Assembly (NCBI RefSeq): GCF_009834535.1
Contig: NC_045697.1
Location: 16,556,001-16,620,000 of the forward strand
Source: Camelus ferus
Taxonomy: Eukaryota
Reading direction: 5' to 3'
Length of the DNA: 64,000 nt
The stretch's first letter is position 1, and every line of letters begins with the position of its first letter. A program made the translations under genes and the position numbers. Below the pieces are notes generated by a model that saw only the letters and a list, made by a program, of their open reading frames with translations, made no database searches and was not told the origin of the DNA. Below, one piece after another: positions 26,454-39,005 of this stretch.

Positions 26454-27269
26454 CAGTACGTATCAGTAAATGTTTAGCAACTGGTTATCTGGGGGAAAAA
26501 TATATGCAGAGATACATATATGAATTGATTATACTTTTTCTTGGTGAAAAGCACATGTAGGACAAAGTTTACAAATAAAAATAATTAAATGTACAATTTT
26601 ATCTATTATAAATTCCATGGAGCCAATTGATTCTCACAGAATGTGTACACTTAATTTTTTCAAACTCTTGGGTCCTTAGTCAAATTATGGTTGAATTTGA
26701 TGAATACATAGAGTTACAGCACCAATGGGCTCAAATCTTGGTTAGATTAACATGAATGATGAAAATGAAACAAGGATTAAGTGTCAGAGCTTGACAAACT
26801 GATGTGATCAACTTCTTTGCTGAAGTGGTTGAATATTTTATTAACATTTTTGTCACTTTCTAGACAATCAACCAAAACAATAAATTAAGTCCTGATTTGT
26901 ATTATTTGCCAATTTTCATGATAAGTATTCCCATGATAGCCAACTCCAAGTTATAGTGTGACAACTGAATTGCATGTTAAAAACAGATGCATATACGCAA
27001 TGTGGTATTTCCATCATACATATATAATAGACAAAAATAATCCCAGGAGCATAGATGAAATAAAATGTAGTAAGAGAAGAAATAGGAAGTTATGGAGTTT
27101 GGGGTATTTATTTTATTTGTTGTTACTATAAACTATTTTATTGTAGTATTATACAATTTAATTTTTAATCATGGTGAAAATAGTGTGTTGAACAACCAAC
27201 GTTCATAATTCCTGAAAATTTAGCAGCAAGTTTTACCTGCCAGTGCTAGCTGGTTTCAGCACATCACTG
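26454..27269. mobile_element. MER63-type hAT-Blackjack element
   Basis: Ends cagtacgtatcagtaaatgtttagcaactgg... and ...aattcctgaaaatttagc...ttcagcacatcactg resemble the MER63 termini (CAGTGGTGTGCTGG...CCAGCACACCACTG). Confidence 0.75.
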
Positions 27270-29275
27270 GACTCTCCATATGTCTCAGTTCCTCAAGATT
27301 TGAAACAGTTATGCTTATCCACATACTTAACCTTTTTGATGGTTTTTGTTCCTTCCTGAATTACCATGCTTATTATTATAATTATTTTCCCTCTTCTTGA
27401 ATAACTCCCTTTAGTATTTACGTTAGTGAAGGGCCACTGGCAATAAATTTTTGAAGTTCTTGTTTTTCTGTATGGTAAGCAGAATAATGGCCCCCAAATG
27501 TGGTCACACCCTAATGCTCAGACCTGTGACTATGTTACAATATATTATCTTTCATGACAAAAGGGACTTTGCAAATGTGACTCAGTTATGCACCTTGAGA
27601 TGAGATTATCCAGAGGTCTAATCTAATCACATACATCTTTAAGTGGATTCTCAAATTCAGGGAACCAAAAGGATGTCAGTGTAAAAAGACTTGGCCCACT
27701 GCTGCTGGTTTTAAAGACGGAGCAAGATTGCCACAGACAAAGAAGTATTAGTGGCCTTTAGAAGCTTGAAAAGGCAAGGAAATGTCTCCAGAGGGAACCC
27801 TGCCAATGGTTTGATTGTACTCAGTAAAGCTGGTATTCGACTTCTAATCTACAGAACTATAAGATGATCACAAATTTATATTGTTTATGGGACCAGATTT
27901 GTGGACCTTTGTGATGGCAGCAACAGAACACTAACACCATTAGAAACGCCTTTCCCTAACCGTCACTTTTGAGGGATGTTTTTGGTGGCAATTGTGTTCT
28001 AGGTTGGAGAGTATTTTCTTTCAGCAGTTGAAAAATCATTTCATTATCTTTTGGCTTCATCATTTCCATTTAAAAGTCAGCTTTATTGCTTATCTCTAGA
28101 GTTCCTCCTTTGAAAATCATGTGTCCTTTGTTCTCTTGCTCTTAGGTTTTCTGTTTGTCCCTGTTTTTTGACAATTTCACTATTATAGGCTTTCTTTATA
28201 TTTATCCTGCTTTGGTTTCTCTAAGCTGTTTAAACCTGTGGCTTCCTATCCCATGTTGGTTTTGAGAACTGTTTTTCTTTTTTTTTAAACTCATTTTTGC
28301 ATCTGTTAAAAATATTTTTCCCCATTCTCTCTCTTTCTCTTCTCTATTTTGGGACTTAAGTTACAAGTATATTATACACTATACATCTTTATTGTATTCT
28401 AGACGTTTGGTACGCTTCTTCTTGTATTTCACCTTTTTTTCTCCTGTGCCTAAAAATGGATATTTCCTACCCTTTTATCTTCCCATTTTCTAATCCTATG
28501 TTCTATTGTATTTAATCTTCTATTAAAATAAACAATTGACCTCTTAGTATCTGCTATTTTCTTTTTTATTGCTAGGATTTCCATTTGATTTTATTTATAT
28601 ACTTAAGTTTAATTTCAATATTATTCTTCTATGCATTTTAACACATTAATCTTAGTTATCTTAAATTTTCTGTTGGATGACTCTAATAATTGTTGCAACC
28701 AAGGTTTTGTTTGCTTGTTTGCTTTTCTATTTTCTGTGCTTTTTATCTTTCTCCTATTTTTGGTTATTTGATTGTTTTATGACATTTATTTAATTCAATC
28801 CTAGTAGTGTTTAATTAAATAAATGTCATAAAATAATTTTAAAGGTTCTGATGATGTTATACTACAGAGGATTTATTTTCCTTTAGGCCACTGGCTAGAA
28901 TATGATCATATCATGTTGATCAGTCCAGGCTAGTATATTGTCATTTGCCCTTACTCCCAAGGCATAGACCTGTCCAGCTCCCAGGAAACTCTGGACTGTT
29001 TACCTAGACTTCTCTTCCTTCATTACCCTAAATTTCAATTTTGTCTCTCAATCATTATAAAACTGCTTAATATTTTACTTTGCTTTTCAGCCTCTTAGAA
29101 ATATCTCCTTGAAATCTTGTCTCTCAAATTCTGATTGCCTTGGTTGTTCTCTATGTCTTCAAATAGCTGGGTTGGTTTTTTTTTTTTTCCTTTGTATTTT
29201 GTCCAGATTTTATAGTTGGTCTTGGTGAGACATTTAGCCTAATACCAACTATTCCATTAAATCCAGAAGTAGAAT
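27270..29275 (-). mobile_element. Old L1/HAL1-type fragment, interrupted by an LTR
   Basis: T-rich reverse-oriented L1 5'/ORF1-like sequence (tttttggtggcaattgtgttctaggttgg...ttcattatcttttggcttc...atttatcctgctttgg). Confidence 0.65.
27471..27938 (+). mobile_element. MaLR solo LTR (MLT1D-like)
   Basis: Starts tatggtaagcagaataatggccccc; contains gacaaaagggactttgcaaatgtga and tagaagcttgaaaaggcaaggaaa; ends gcagcaacagaacactaaca. Confidence 0.9.
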
Positions 29276-30429
29276 TGACTAAGAGACTATGCTTTATTTC
29301 CGTGTGTGACTAAGAAACTATGCTTTATAACCTAATGTTGGCAAATGCTAGATATTCATGTTAATTGTTAGAAACAGAATTAACAGAATACAGAATTTGT
29401 TATTTATAGTTCAAAAAAGAACTGGGTACTTTGGTCAATCTACACAATGTTCATTGGAACTGCATTTAATGAATTATGCTTTGATTTATGCCAACTGTTT
29501 ACCCTGCTGAACATTAAAATAAATAGTCCTATAAAAGTATCATGATGTGTTTTATTTGACATGTTTGAGGAACGTGTTTATTATGATGATAATGTTCTCT
29601 CTAGCACAGCATTCAGAAAACATACTCCTTTGGCCACAGTACCAGCAATGGTTATTCTTTGCCATATTGGTTGGTCTTGTTTGTTTGTTTGTTTTTATTC
29701 TGAATTTAGAATACTGTGACATCTCAGGGTTTGGTTTTGGTTTTTTTTCCATTTGGTTAAGAGGAAACTTAGAGGAAAGTTTGTGGTCTATCCAAATTAA
29801 ATCCACATGATACATGATTTAGCCTTCTCCCTCACTACATTTTGTGTTTCTGAATTTTTTTCCTACTGCACCTACTTTGAATATTTTAGTTTATTTTATA
29901 TATTCTTGATTGCTGCCTCAGGTTGTTTTGGAACTAAATAGAGAGGACAAGTAAATTATTTTAATTCCTTACAAAGGGTTTTCTACAACATTTATTCCTT
30001 CTCAAAACTCCTTGGCTATATTTACATTGGTAAAAAACCTCTGATAAATATAACATATACATATATAATACATATTGTGTCATCTAAATGGATTGGCAAA
30101 TCATTTTTAGTTATTTAATACATAATAAAAAAGGGTAAATATTACTTCTGCCACTTCTTTAGTAAATAAGGAAACCAAAGCACAGAATCAATTAGATAGC
30201 ATGTGAGTAAGTTAGAATTCAGCCAAAATGTCTTGATTCCAAAAAAATACAAATAGAAAATAATAAATATGAGTGTTTTCCTTTAAAAAACACATCAAGA
30301 TCTTAGATGCTTATTCCCATTGTCTTTCTACTTTGCATTTGTGAGTCTTCAATTAACAAGTACAAATATTTTCTTAAGTATGGTAATACAATTTTATTTT
30401 AGCTTAGTACTTACAAATCCTTTCTTTGC

Positions 30430-30710
30430 TTATCGCTACACTTTGTGTAAAATAAGAGCCCTTTAATTTGCCTTTCATACATTTCTGCTTGAAGGTACAC
30501 CTTCAAATGGATCAAATTTAATTGCATTGTGGCCCTTAGCTAGCTCAAATTCCTCAATCAATTCACCTCAGACTCATCTTCTTTCAAGACTAAACAACCC
30601 CATTTTTCTTAATCTTTTCTCATATGTTCAGTAATCCCTTCCATTCCATTTATCATTTTTGTTGCCCTATGCTTTCTCCAATTTAGCTATAATGTTCTTC
30701 AAATAAGGTC
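30430..30710 (-). mobile_element. CR1/L3-clade LINE ORF2 relic
   Basis: Minus strand reads PYLKNIIAKLEKA/RATKMINGMEG/YEKRLRKMGLFSLERR*V*GELIEEFELAKG, against the CR1 ORF2 motif PYxKKDIxxLExVQRRATKMIxGxExLSYEERLxxLGLFSLEKRRLRGDLI. Confidence 0.85.
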
Positions 30711-31779
30711 CTCTATCAGATGGGCACATGCTTAAAACTTCCTCTCCTATGCTCACATTAGGCCAGCTAAAAAGCTGCCCCGGTAATTTCAGCTTGCACG
30801 GTTATTATGAGCCTCAAGTCTGTGGAATGTTAAATACAGTATTCTAAAGAGGTGGGAACAAATGACATTTCCTTGTGTTAATATTTTGAGGCAACATGGT
30901 AGTTTGCCTAAAAAATAAAAAGATGAGTCTTCAAATCCCAACAAAATAAATACTTTGCCTGTAATATAGGTTTTTGGATCTTCATATTAATGAGCTACTT
31001 TGCAATTTTAGGAGATTATGTCCTAATTGTAAATAATTAAATATGGTTCCCTTTCCCATAATACCCAGTGACTCTTTTCAAAAGGTTATCTATCATTATC
31101 AAGGCAATAAGTCTAATGTGAATTCAGGGTCTTTGTAATAATGGGCCAAATTCATCAAAAATGATATTTGCTTAAAAAATTTAAATAAGCCAAAAAAAAG
31201 CAAATGTTACCTACAAAAGGTAGTCTGCAGTTCTCTGAGGCATCTCTAAAAAAGAAAGAAACACGGTGTAAGAAACATCAATTACAAAAGCCCCTGAGTG
31301 ATAAACAGCTACTTCCATGCAAGGAGTAATTACTGTCTCCCGGAGCTGACCCAGAGAATCTCTGTAGGGAGTGAATGTAATAGTGTAGTTGGAACCATAT
31401 GCCATGGGCATCTCTATGCACTGATGGAAAGGACTCTTTTGGGAATGAGTTGGAAAAAGTCATGTGTGTTTATGCAAAACAATCTTGCCACTCTGTTATA
31501 AAGAGCTCAAATGCTAGATTCTTAAGGGAAAGGCAGAGTGGCAAGACCAGAAGTTGGGCAAAGCAGTTCACTAGTTAGATCTTGAGAGCAAGCACTCAAC
31601 TGAAACAGGCATAGAGAGCATAGCTGAACAGTCTGAAAGGCTTGGAATATTTGTTACCAATAGTGCTGAGCATTTCAAGTGCATTTTGCAGTTCTAACCC
31701 TTGAAAGCCAAGACAGTAACTATCTTTATATAGTTTAGTGACAATGATATAGTACCAATGATATAGTACCAATTTTACT

Positions 31780-32315
31780 AGTTTAGGGGAGAAATGATTA
31801 TCTGTTGGCTCTGGTAACTGAAAATTTTGGTCATATTCTGGCTTCAGATACAGATGGATCCACAGGAGATCGATGGTATCCTCAGGACTCAATCTTTATC
31901 CTTCTCTGTACTCTGCTTTCTTCTGTATTGTTTCCACTGTCAGGCAGGGTCTTCATTCTTGAAAGCCAGCAGCCCCAAGGTTAGATTCTTATCCTCTCCT
32001 CCCAGCCATGTCAGTAGAAAGAGTGTGTTTCTTTCCCAATAGTTTTCAAAGAAGTCCAGGATGAATCTTATTGACTCAGATTGGTCTGGTTTGGTTCATA
32101 TGTTCATCTCTGGACCAATCGCCGTGTCCAGAGGAATGTGGTTCTTTGGTTGGTCAGACATAGGTCACCTCTAATGCCCCACTCAAATTGCTCCCCCATG
32201 GAGTTAAGAGCAAGTTTAGCCCACCTTCCCAATAACTGCATGTGCTGAGAGTGGCTGACTGGTGTTTCTCCAAAGGAAAATTATGTTCTTGGTATCAGAA
32301 GGAAAAATGGATTTT
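31780..32315 (-). mobile_element. MaLR LTR (MLT1K-like)
   Basis: ggtaactgaaaatt...ggcttcagatacagatggatcca...ggaccaatcgccgtgtccagaggaatg...ccaaaggaaaatt...cagaaggaaaaatgga. Confidence 0.75.
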
Positions 32316-33864
32316 TTAAAAGCCTGGTGTTTAATTCACCATAGAATACAAAGGAACAGAGCTATTCTGGGAAACCTCATAGAACTATAAAAAGTAGACA
32401 GTGGAATTCCTCCCCACATTTAAATGCTTATGCATATTTCTGTCTACTACAACTGCCCCAGAGATGTTTAAAACATTACTGAGGACAGAAATTCCAACGG
32501 ATGCCTTTGGTCAGGTAAGATTACTCTAACCCAGGAAATCACTCATTCTTCTCTCGTTGTTGCTGTTGTTGTTTGTTTGTTCCTTTGCTTGTTGGAAGGG
32601 ATGAGTACATTCCGCATGGTGCTTTACAAATATTAACCCATTTAATCGTTAAAAATTCTCCTGAGAGCTCTTTGCACATGAGAAAACTTGGTCACATAAG
32701 GTTAAGTGATTTGCTTGTGGTTCCATAGCTATTGGTGGGAAGACTGGGATTGAAGTACCAATCTCTTAGACCTTTTTCCTACATAATGTTGATTCTACCA
32801 CTCAAGGTTAGCAATATAATTTGAAAAGCAGAGAAAATAAACTCTAATTTTACTATCAAATAGAAAGCTCTTTTTGCAATCACCATATACACCACTTCAA
32901 ATCCTGGTCTTCCAATAGTTTGTAACCCTTACATAACCCCTTGAAGAGAACTGAGAGTCACTCAGAGCTGCATGGATTTAGGTTGTGCCCGACTTGGCGG
33001 TCATTCCTGCACTACGGCATGTGATTGTGGGTATGTTCAAAGCAGCTCGATAGTGCGAGTTCAAAACACATTTCTACCATTTTCTAGTTGCAGCGATTTG
33101 AATAAAGTTTTTAAGCCCTGTGTTTTCAATTCTCCCCAATAATAAATAGGTGTGATATTTGTGTTTACTTTCAATATCTATTTTGAGGATTAAATAAATT
33201 ATACATGAAAATTCCTTAGAACAGTCCCTTGTACACAAAATGCACTCTGCACATTTAGTTTTATTATTATTGTTGTTGCCCTTGTTACTGTTGTTCAGAG
33301 TAACCCCCTATAATGTAATTACCAAGAACCAAACAAATCAGGATTTTTTTTTATTCTGGTGAATACAAAGGTGACTATAAAGCAATTATTTTTCCGTGAT
33401 TTTGAAAGCACTAGTGGAGCTTGAAATATACAAAGCCAAATTCATACGTGGGGAATTGATGACTACAATTTATTCTCCAGTCATCAAGGGTGAATTCTCA
33501 GCAGGAAAGGAAGATGAGCAACTAAATGAACAAAAGAGTCAGCCAGCCAAATGGTTTCAGCTCTGTGAATTCGTCTAGTCACCTCCTGAAACTTTGGATC
33601 CCACTTTTGTTCATTTGAGATCATCATATCTACGCCCAGCCACTTAGAAGGTTTAAATAAAATCCTATGATAGTTAGTGGGTGCATAACACAACAGAGGT
33701 TAACTTGGATCCTCATGGCTGCAGGATTCTGTCTGACTTTAATGACCCTAAATCATATTCTTTCCACTAGCATTGTGGTTCAAAATTAATACTATTTTCC
33801 AAGTCTGTAAACTAAAATTCAGAAAGATTCTAATTTATTTTTTTAAGTTATCAAATGACTCTGA

Positions 33865-36030
33865 AGTACATCATCATTTATTTTCTCTACCACCTGATTC
33901 TAAATTTTTCTGTTTTGGCTAGGACCTTTAGCTGGTCTGGGCGGTTTACTGGGTGAAATGAGCCAATCCACATCCCTGAACTTTGCAATAAACTCCATCA
34001 GTATCTTTTACAAACATGAATAGAATACTCTTTAGTATTCAGAATCAGCCAAGTCATGCAATGCAAGCAGCAGGGCCACTTGCGTGGAGCCGGAACCTGC
34101 GCCAGAATTCTTTTTCCTTCTGGGCCCCATCGGTATGTTTGCCTTTTGGGTCATTCAGGGTCTGGGTTAAAGCAACAATCCCAAGTATGGTATTGGCTTT
34201 CTCCAGAACCTGAGAACATCTATGAGATATTGTGCTTCCTTCATCACTGAGTGAGGTAGAAAATACAAGCATCTGTCTTTTAGTTTGGGAGGTATGTCAC
34301 AGCATGTCCCAGACCATCGGAATCCTACAATTTTTCACTGATATACCAATCTCCTGGATCTTCATCACGTCACCTGCTGTTTCCTCCAGGGCACCGTGTC
34401 TTACTGAGACTTCTAATCTACTTGCCATGTCTTGCTCATTTGTGTCAAATAGCATGATGTCATTATGGCGTGGACAAGTGGGATGCTCTGAGGTGTGTCA
34501 AGATCGTCCAGCTTTCTTCAACCTATATTTTGACAGAACATAGGAGAGTTTTCACATAGCTCTGGGGCACGACTGTAAATGCATACTGTTATGTCTTTTA
34601 CTCGAACGTAAACTTCTTTTGATCCACTCTTTTGATAGCGATGGGAAAAACAAAAATTATTTACTAGATCAATGGCTGAATATCATGTACTTGAGGCTAT
34701 TTTGATCTGTTCTAGCAAACATGCCACATCTGGGGCCATATTGGCAACCGGGATACTACTCAATTGTGTTGACAGTAACCTACTATTACCTTGCAGAATT
34801 CATCTGACTTTTATAAGGTAGGGACTGGTGAAATAAAGGGAGACATGATAAGATGCATACCCTATATTCTTTTCGTCTTCAGGTGGCACTAATTTCTGCC
34901 CTTTTCCTGATTTTTTTTGTGGGGGTAGCTGTCTGGGCAAGAGAGAGGTTCAGTTTCAGAGACTTTGCTTGGCCTTCTTTGCTACAATAGCTCCCATTCC
35001 ACAACAAAGGAACTAAAATGAGTTTATCTGTTTTATTATTTATTCAGGGGCTGGGAGATAACCACTGGGTGTGTCTTTGGACACACTGGACACGCCGTGA
35101 GCCAGAACATTATTTATTACTTGGCCATATAGTTCCACTTTACCAGGGGAGTCATGAAACCTGGATAATAACTCACATGCTCTGTTCCTGAAACATTTGG
35201 GCAGTCCTCTTTCCCTGTTGTGGATGTCTGGCAGCCCCTTTGGGAAGCATTGGGGAAACGTTACTGTAGACTTGACCTAGTTTTCTAGGATCATTCCTCC
35301 TGATGATCTGGCCTCTCCTTCAGACAGTGGACTTCAGATGTGAAAATCGGCTTCTATTTAAAAGCTGAGGAAGAGCTCAGTACTTTCATCACCCAAACTT
35401 GATTTCTTCTGCTAGTAAAGACTGCGCAGTGCGCTTTGACTACTGTTCTTTTTACACTTTTCATAGCTCCCTATATGTCAGGCCTTCCTGGCTGCCTCTC
35501 CAACCCTGCTGTACATTATGATAATTCCACACCTTGGCTGAGAATTAAGCACTGCCACCTGGCATCTTTTATTCGAGACCCTATCAGTCCCAATGCTATA
35601 AAAGAGTCAATTTTGTATCACCTCCCAATGTCCAGGGATGATGTCATCTCAGAGGAAAACCATTACTGAGTTTCTTAGTGCTGCTGATACCCTTTTTACC
35701 AGTGAACTCCTCATTAATTTGGCAAACAAAGTGTCCTCTGGGCTTTCCTGTGAAGCATCGTCACCCAGTGAGGTTTTCAGTTTTACACCTGCTCTAACAT
35801 GCCCACGTCTTGAAGCTCTCTGAGTTATGGCATTTCTACTTCACTTAATGTGCATCACAACTTTCTCCAAGCTCCAAGAGCCCTCCTAGCAGATGTGAGC
35901 TGAACCCTTATCAGGGTGTGAAATCCTGCCCCCCAGAAACATGCTCACATACAACACAGCGTTGACAGTCAGGTCAATCTGATTTCAGACTCAATGTTCT
36001 TCGATCCATCCCCTCTTTGTTAGAGAGATT
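33865..36030 (-). mobile_element. Degenerate ERV-L (class III) internal region: gag-pro-RT relic with a large internal deletion
   Basis: Colinear minus-strand peptides: gag TLSEVEMP, DVGMLE, QESPEDTLFAK, CQVAVLN, QQGWRGSQEGLT; pro YGQVINNVLA, THPVVIS; RT AEISAT, SPFISPV, PDVACLLEQI, YSAIDL, QYAFTVVPQSY, HNDIML, RWSGTCCDIPPKLKD, KEAQ, FWRKPIPYLG, WSLLQ; then the pol C-terminus SPSKPPRPAK/VLA. Confidence 0.9.
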
Positions 36031-38479
36031 TGCATTTTTCTATTTATATAGACTATAAGCAGCATATCATCCTTCTCTCAGAATTGACTCATGCTGTCTT
36101 TTAACAGAAAGTTCTAAAATACATGCCTATATTTTGCCCAATAACAATGAATATGAAAACTCACTTTCCTAACTGGTTTCTGTGAGCTTCCCTCATAGAC
36201 AAACAGGAAAAGATAATTAAGAGAAATTTTAATTTTGTAAGATTCAAGAGATTCCTCCGAACAGAATATCTGAAACAGATTACGTGACCAGTTTATGGAT
36301 TAATAAGAGATTAAATAATCATATTTATAAATAATAAATCAATCAATAAATTATTGCATTCAGAATCTATTTTGTTGGTTTTGCTCACTGGCTGATCTCA
36401 AGCGTCTAGAGTAGTGCCTGGCACGAACAACCTTCTCAACAAATATTTGGTAATAAATAACCATTAGGAAATAATACATTTGTGTGAACATATATAGTTT
36501 TAATGTTATTTTAATGCAATTAAATATATGTTTATTTAAAAATATATAAGCCACATAGATACCTATAGTAAAAAGTAAATGTTGTATTTCAATCCCAACT
36601 CAATTTATTTAATTCATCCGTTTAACAAATGGAGAACTTCCATGTGACAATGACTCTGCTATGGACAAGAGACAACACATTTAGCAAAAAATAGAACAAC
36701 CCTCCTCAGAGTATCCCCTGTTATTATACTGAAGTTTATCTTTCCAGATATTTTCTTATCTGTTTTTAAACACACACACACCCCACACATACACACACAT
36801 TCACATGGCAAACATATTATTTTAAGCATAAATAAAACTACCCTCTACGTATGATTACATAACAAGTTTTTCAGATGAAAGTAAGGTGTTTTAAACGTCT
36901 TTACATCCATGGCAAACACAGAAAATAATAGTATTTATACAGCATACTAGGATAAACTGTTTATAACTCAACATATGCTAGCCGTTTCCTTTGTTAAAAT
37001 AACTCTGGTCACATAATGATAAATCATGACACATTCTTTTAATATGTTACTGAGTCTGGTTTGCAAAATTTCAATCAAAAGTTGTTTATGTATTTTATAT
37101 ATATTCAATCAAAAATTATTTACATATTATATATATATTCATATATATAAATGTGATTGCACAGTACTTTTATCTTCTTTAAAAATCTATATTTTTCCAG
37201 AGTTGCTAAAAGGACTATGGTAGGATTATAAAATAAGTTGAGAAGCTCTGCATTTTCTTCTAAGATTTGGGATAATTTTCACATAAATAAAGGATTTATT
37301 TGCTTATGTTGATGGTTCTCTCATGTAAAACTGTTTATCGCCTTTTGTTGAGGATGGAGGTTAGCATGAGACCCTGACTATTTTTCAATTTTTTCTATGA
37401 TTTTTCAGTCATTAATATTTTTTCCAGAAAAATCAGCCATTTTATTTCAATTTGAAAATTCTATTTGCAAACTTTTTTCCTCTGGAGCTTATGTCAACTT
37501 TCCCATTTAAAGTGAGTTTATTTGTGACCTCCCTCTTTTATTCTCTCCCTTGAATGAGAGGACTGGCTGAGTGCAGCATTTAGCAGACCGGGTTTATGGA
37601 CAAGCTGACTTCCCTTCCAGCTAGGGAACTTCTCAGAACAGGTGCAAAACCAGCCCCCTCCCTCCCTAATTGTCAGGGAAAAGATGCCTTTAATCTGGAT
37701 GAGAAACTTATCAAAGCCTTTCACACTTTGAACACTGGGTAGGATAGTGCTGTCTTTCCTTTTTCCATTATTATTATTATTTTGAGTCTTTCAGGTCCAC
37801 TATGAAAGTCTGAAATCACAACATGCTCTGATTGGCTTACCTTCATCAGGGAAATTCTCATCAAGAATACCTCTTGGTTTTAGCTAAGAGTCCTGTGCTG
37901 CAAGGGGCCACTGTTATACTCTGGGAGGAGCACAACTGGACCAACTCTTCCACAGTCACGCCTTAACACTTCCCTACATCATCACCCCACTGACTACTCA
38001 TGCTCTCTCTGTACCTGAATTGTGAGCTAAGCTTTCTCTCGGTCCATATTGGCAAGAACTGCTCCTACTGCCATATTGATGATTATCTCTGTTCTAATTA
38101 TCATGTCAGTCTGATTCTATGTGCTTTCTGGCTTCCAGAAATTTTCAAAATTTCTCTTTTGCTCCTGACATCACTTCCTCTGTTGCAGTCTGCTAGGAAC
38201 GTGTACAAGTTTTATGGTATTTACCTCACCCTTGAAAACTGTAATTAATTGTCCTTTTGTCATTTTGATGGGTTGCAAAAAGCAAACCCTTTGGAAGCTA
38301 GAGAGCTGACATTTGTATCATATTTGTTTACTAAATATATCTATTCCTGTGGGAATTATAAGGAATTTTATAATTGTATTTACACAATGATATACCATAG
38401 AAATTAAGAATTACAAAATAATTATAAGTTGTCTATGAAGTGGTCCTTTCCCTTCTTTTTCGAAGAGTAATATTCAAAA

Positions 38480-39005
38480 TCTTCTGTGTTCCAGCAAAAT
38501 CTGCAACAGCCTGATGTGGACCTAGTTTTGAGACAGCGATTGAAAAGTGTTTCCACCAACATGCAAAGAATTTCCAGTATCTGTCAGCACCGTCTGATTT
38601 TAAAGTATATGCACCTTTCACCACTTAGATTCCTGCTCATGGTAAGTGACATGTGGACTTTCCATGCTTCCTGCACCAGGGACCATCTTTCCAGCTCAGA
38701 TTGTAAAGTCCTTTCAGAATTCGGCAGCATTACTCATCTTGATTATGCCACCAGTCTCTTTGATGGGAGGTTCACCCACTTCCTTTAAGAATAAGGATGC
38801 AATTGAAGGTTTAACTTCAAACATTTAAGGCACTTAAGATGCCAGGTCCAATTTATTTACAGCTTCTGATCGATGTCTACTTTCTGTGTGAAGCGTGAAT
38901 TTCGGATGGGGATTACCTCCATCAGTTCACTTGCCATCCCTAGGCACAGGTGAAGACAGCACCCTTTTCAAGAATCACCTGGCACCACAGTCATCTTTGG
39001 GCATC
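38480..39005 (+). mobile_element. Probable ancient RTE-clade LINE relic (L4/MamRTE-like), ORF C-terminus
   Basis: Colinear but degenerate motifs across frames: DVD..RQRL, FKVY, LL-G-DMWT (cf. LKVY..LLYGxETWT), QSL*WEVH (cf. QLRWAGH), KDALK, ASDR, FTC, SRI..HSHL (cf. CxxC..SRIGLxSHL). Confidence 0.55.

Noticed and set aside
34054..34272. ORF containing SHRCSQVLEKANTILGIV as a CR1 ORF2 fragment
   Set aside because: The resemblance is superficial. An adjacent minus-strand frame gives KEAQ...FWRKPIPYLG, colinear with many other ERV-L RT motifs.
34470..34535. Minus-strand terminal exon ending LKKAGRS*
   Set aside because: It lies inside the ERV-L RT relic and the acceptor lacks a pyrimidine tract.
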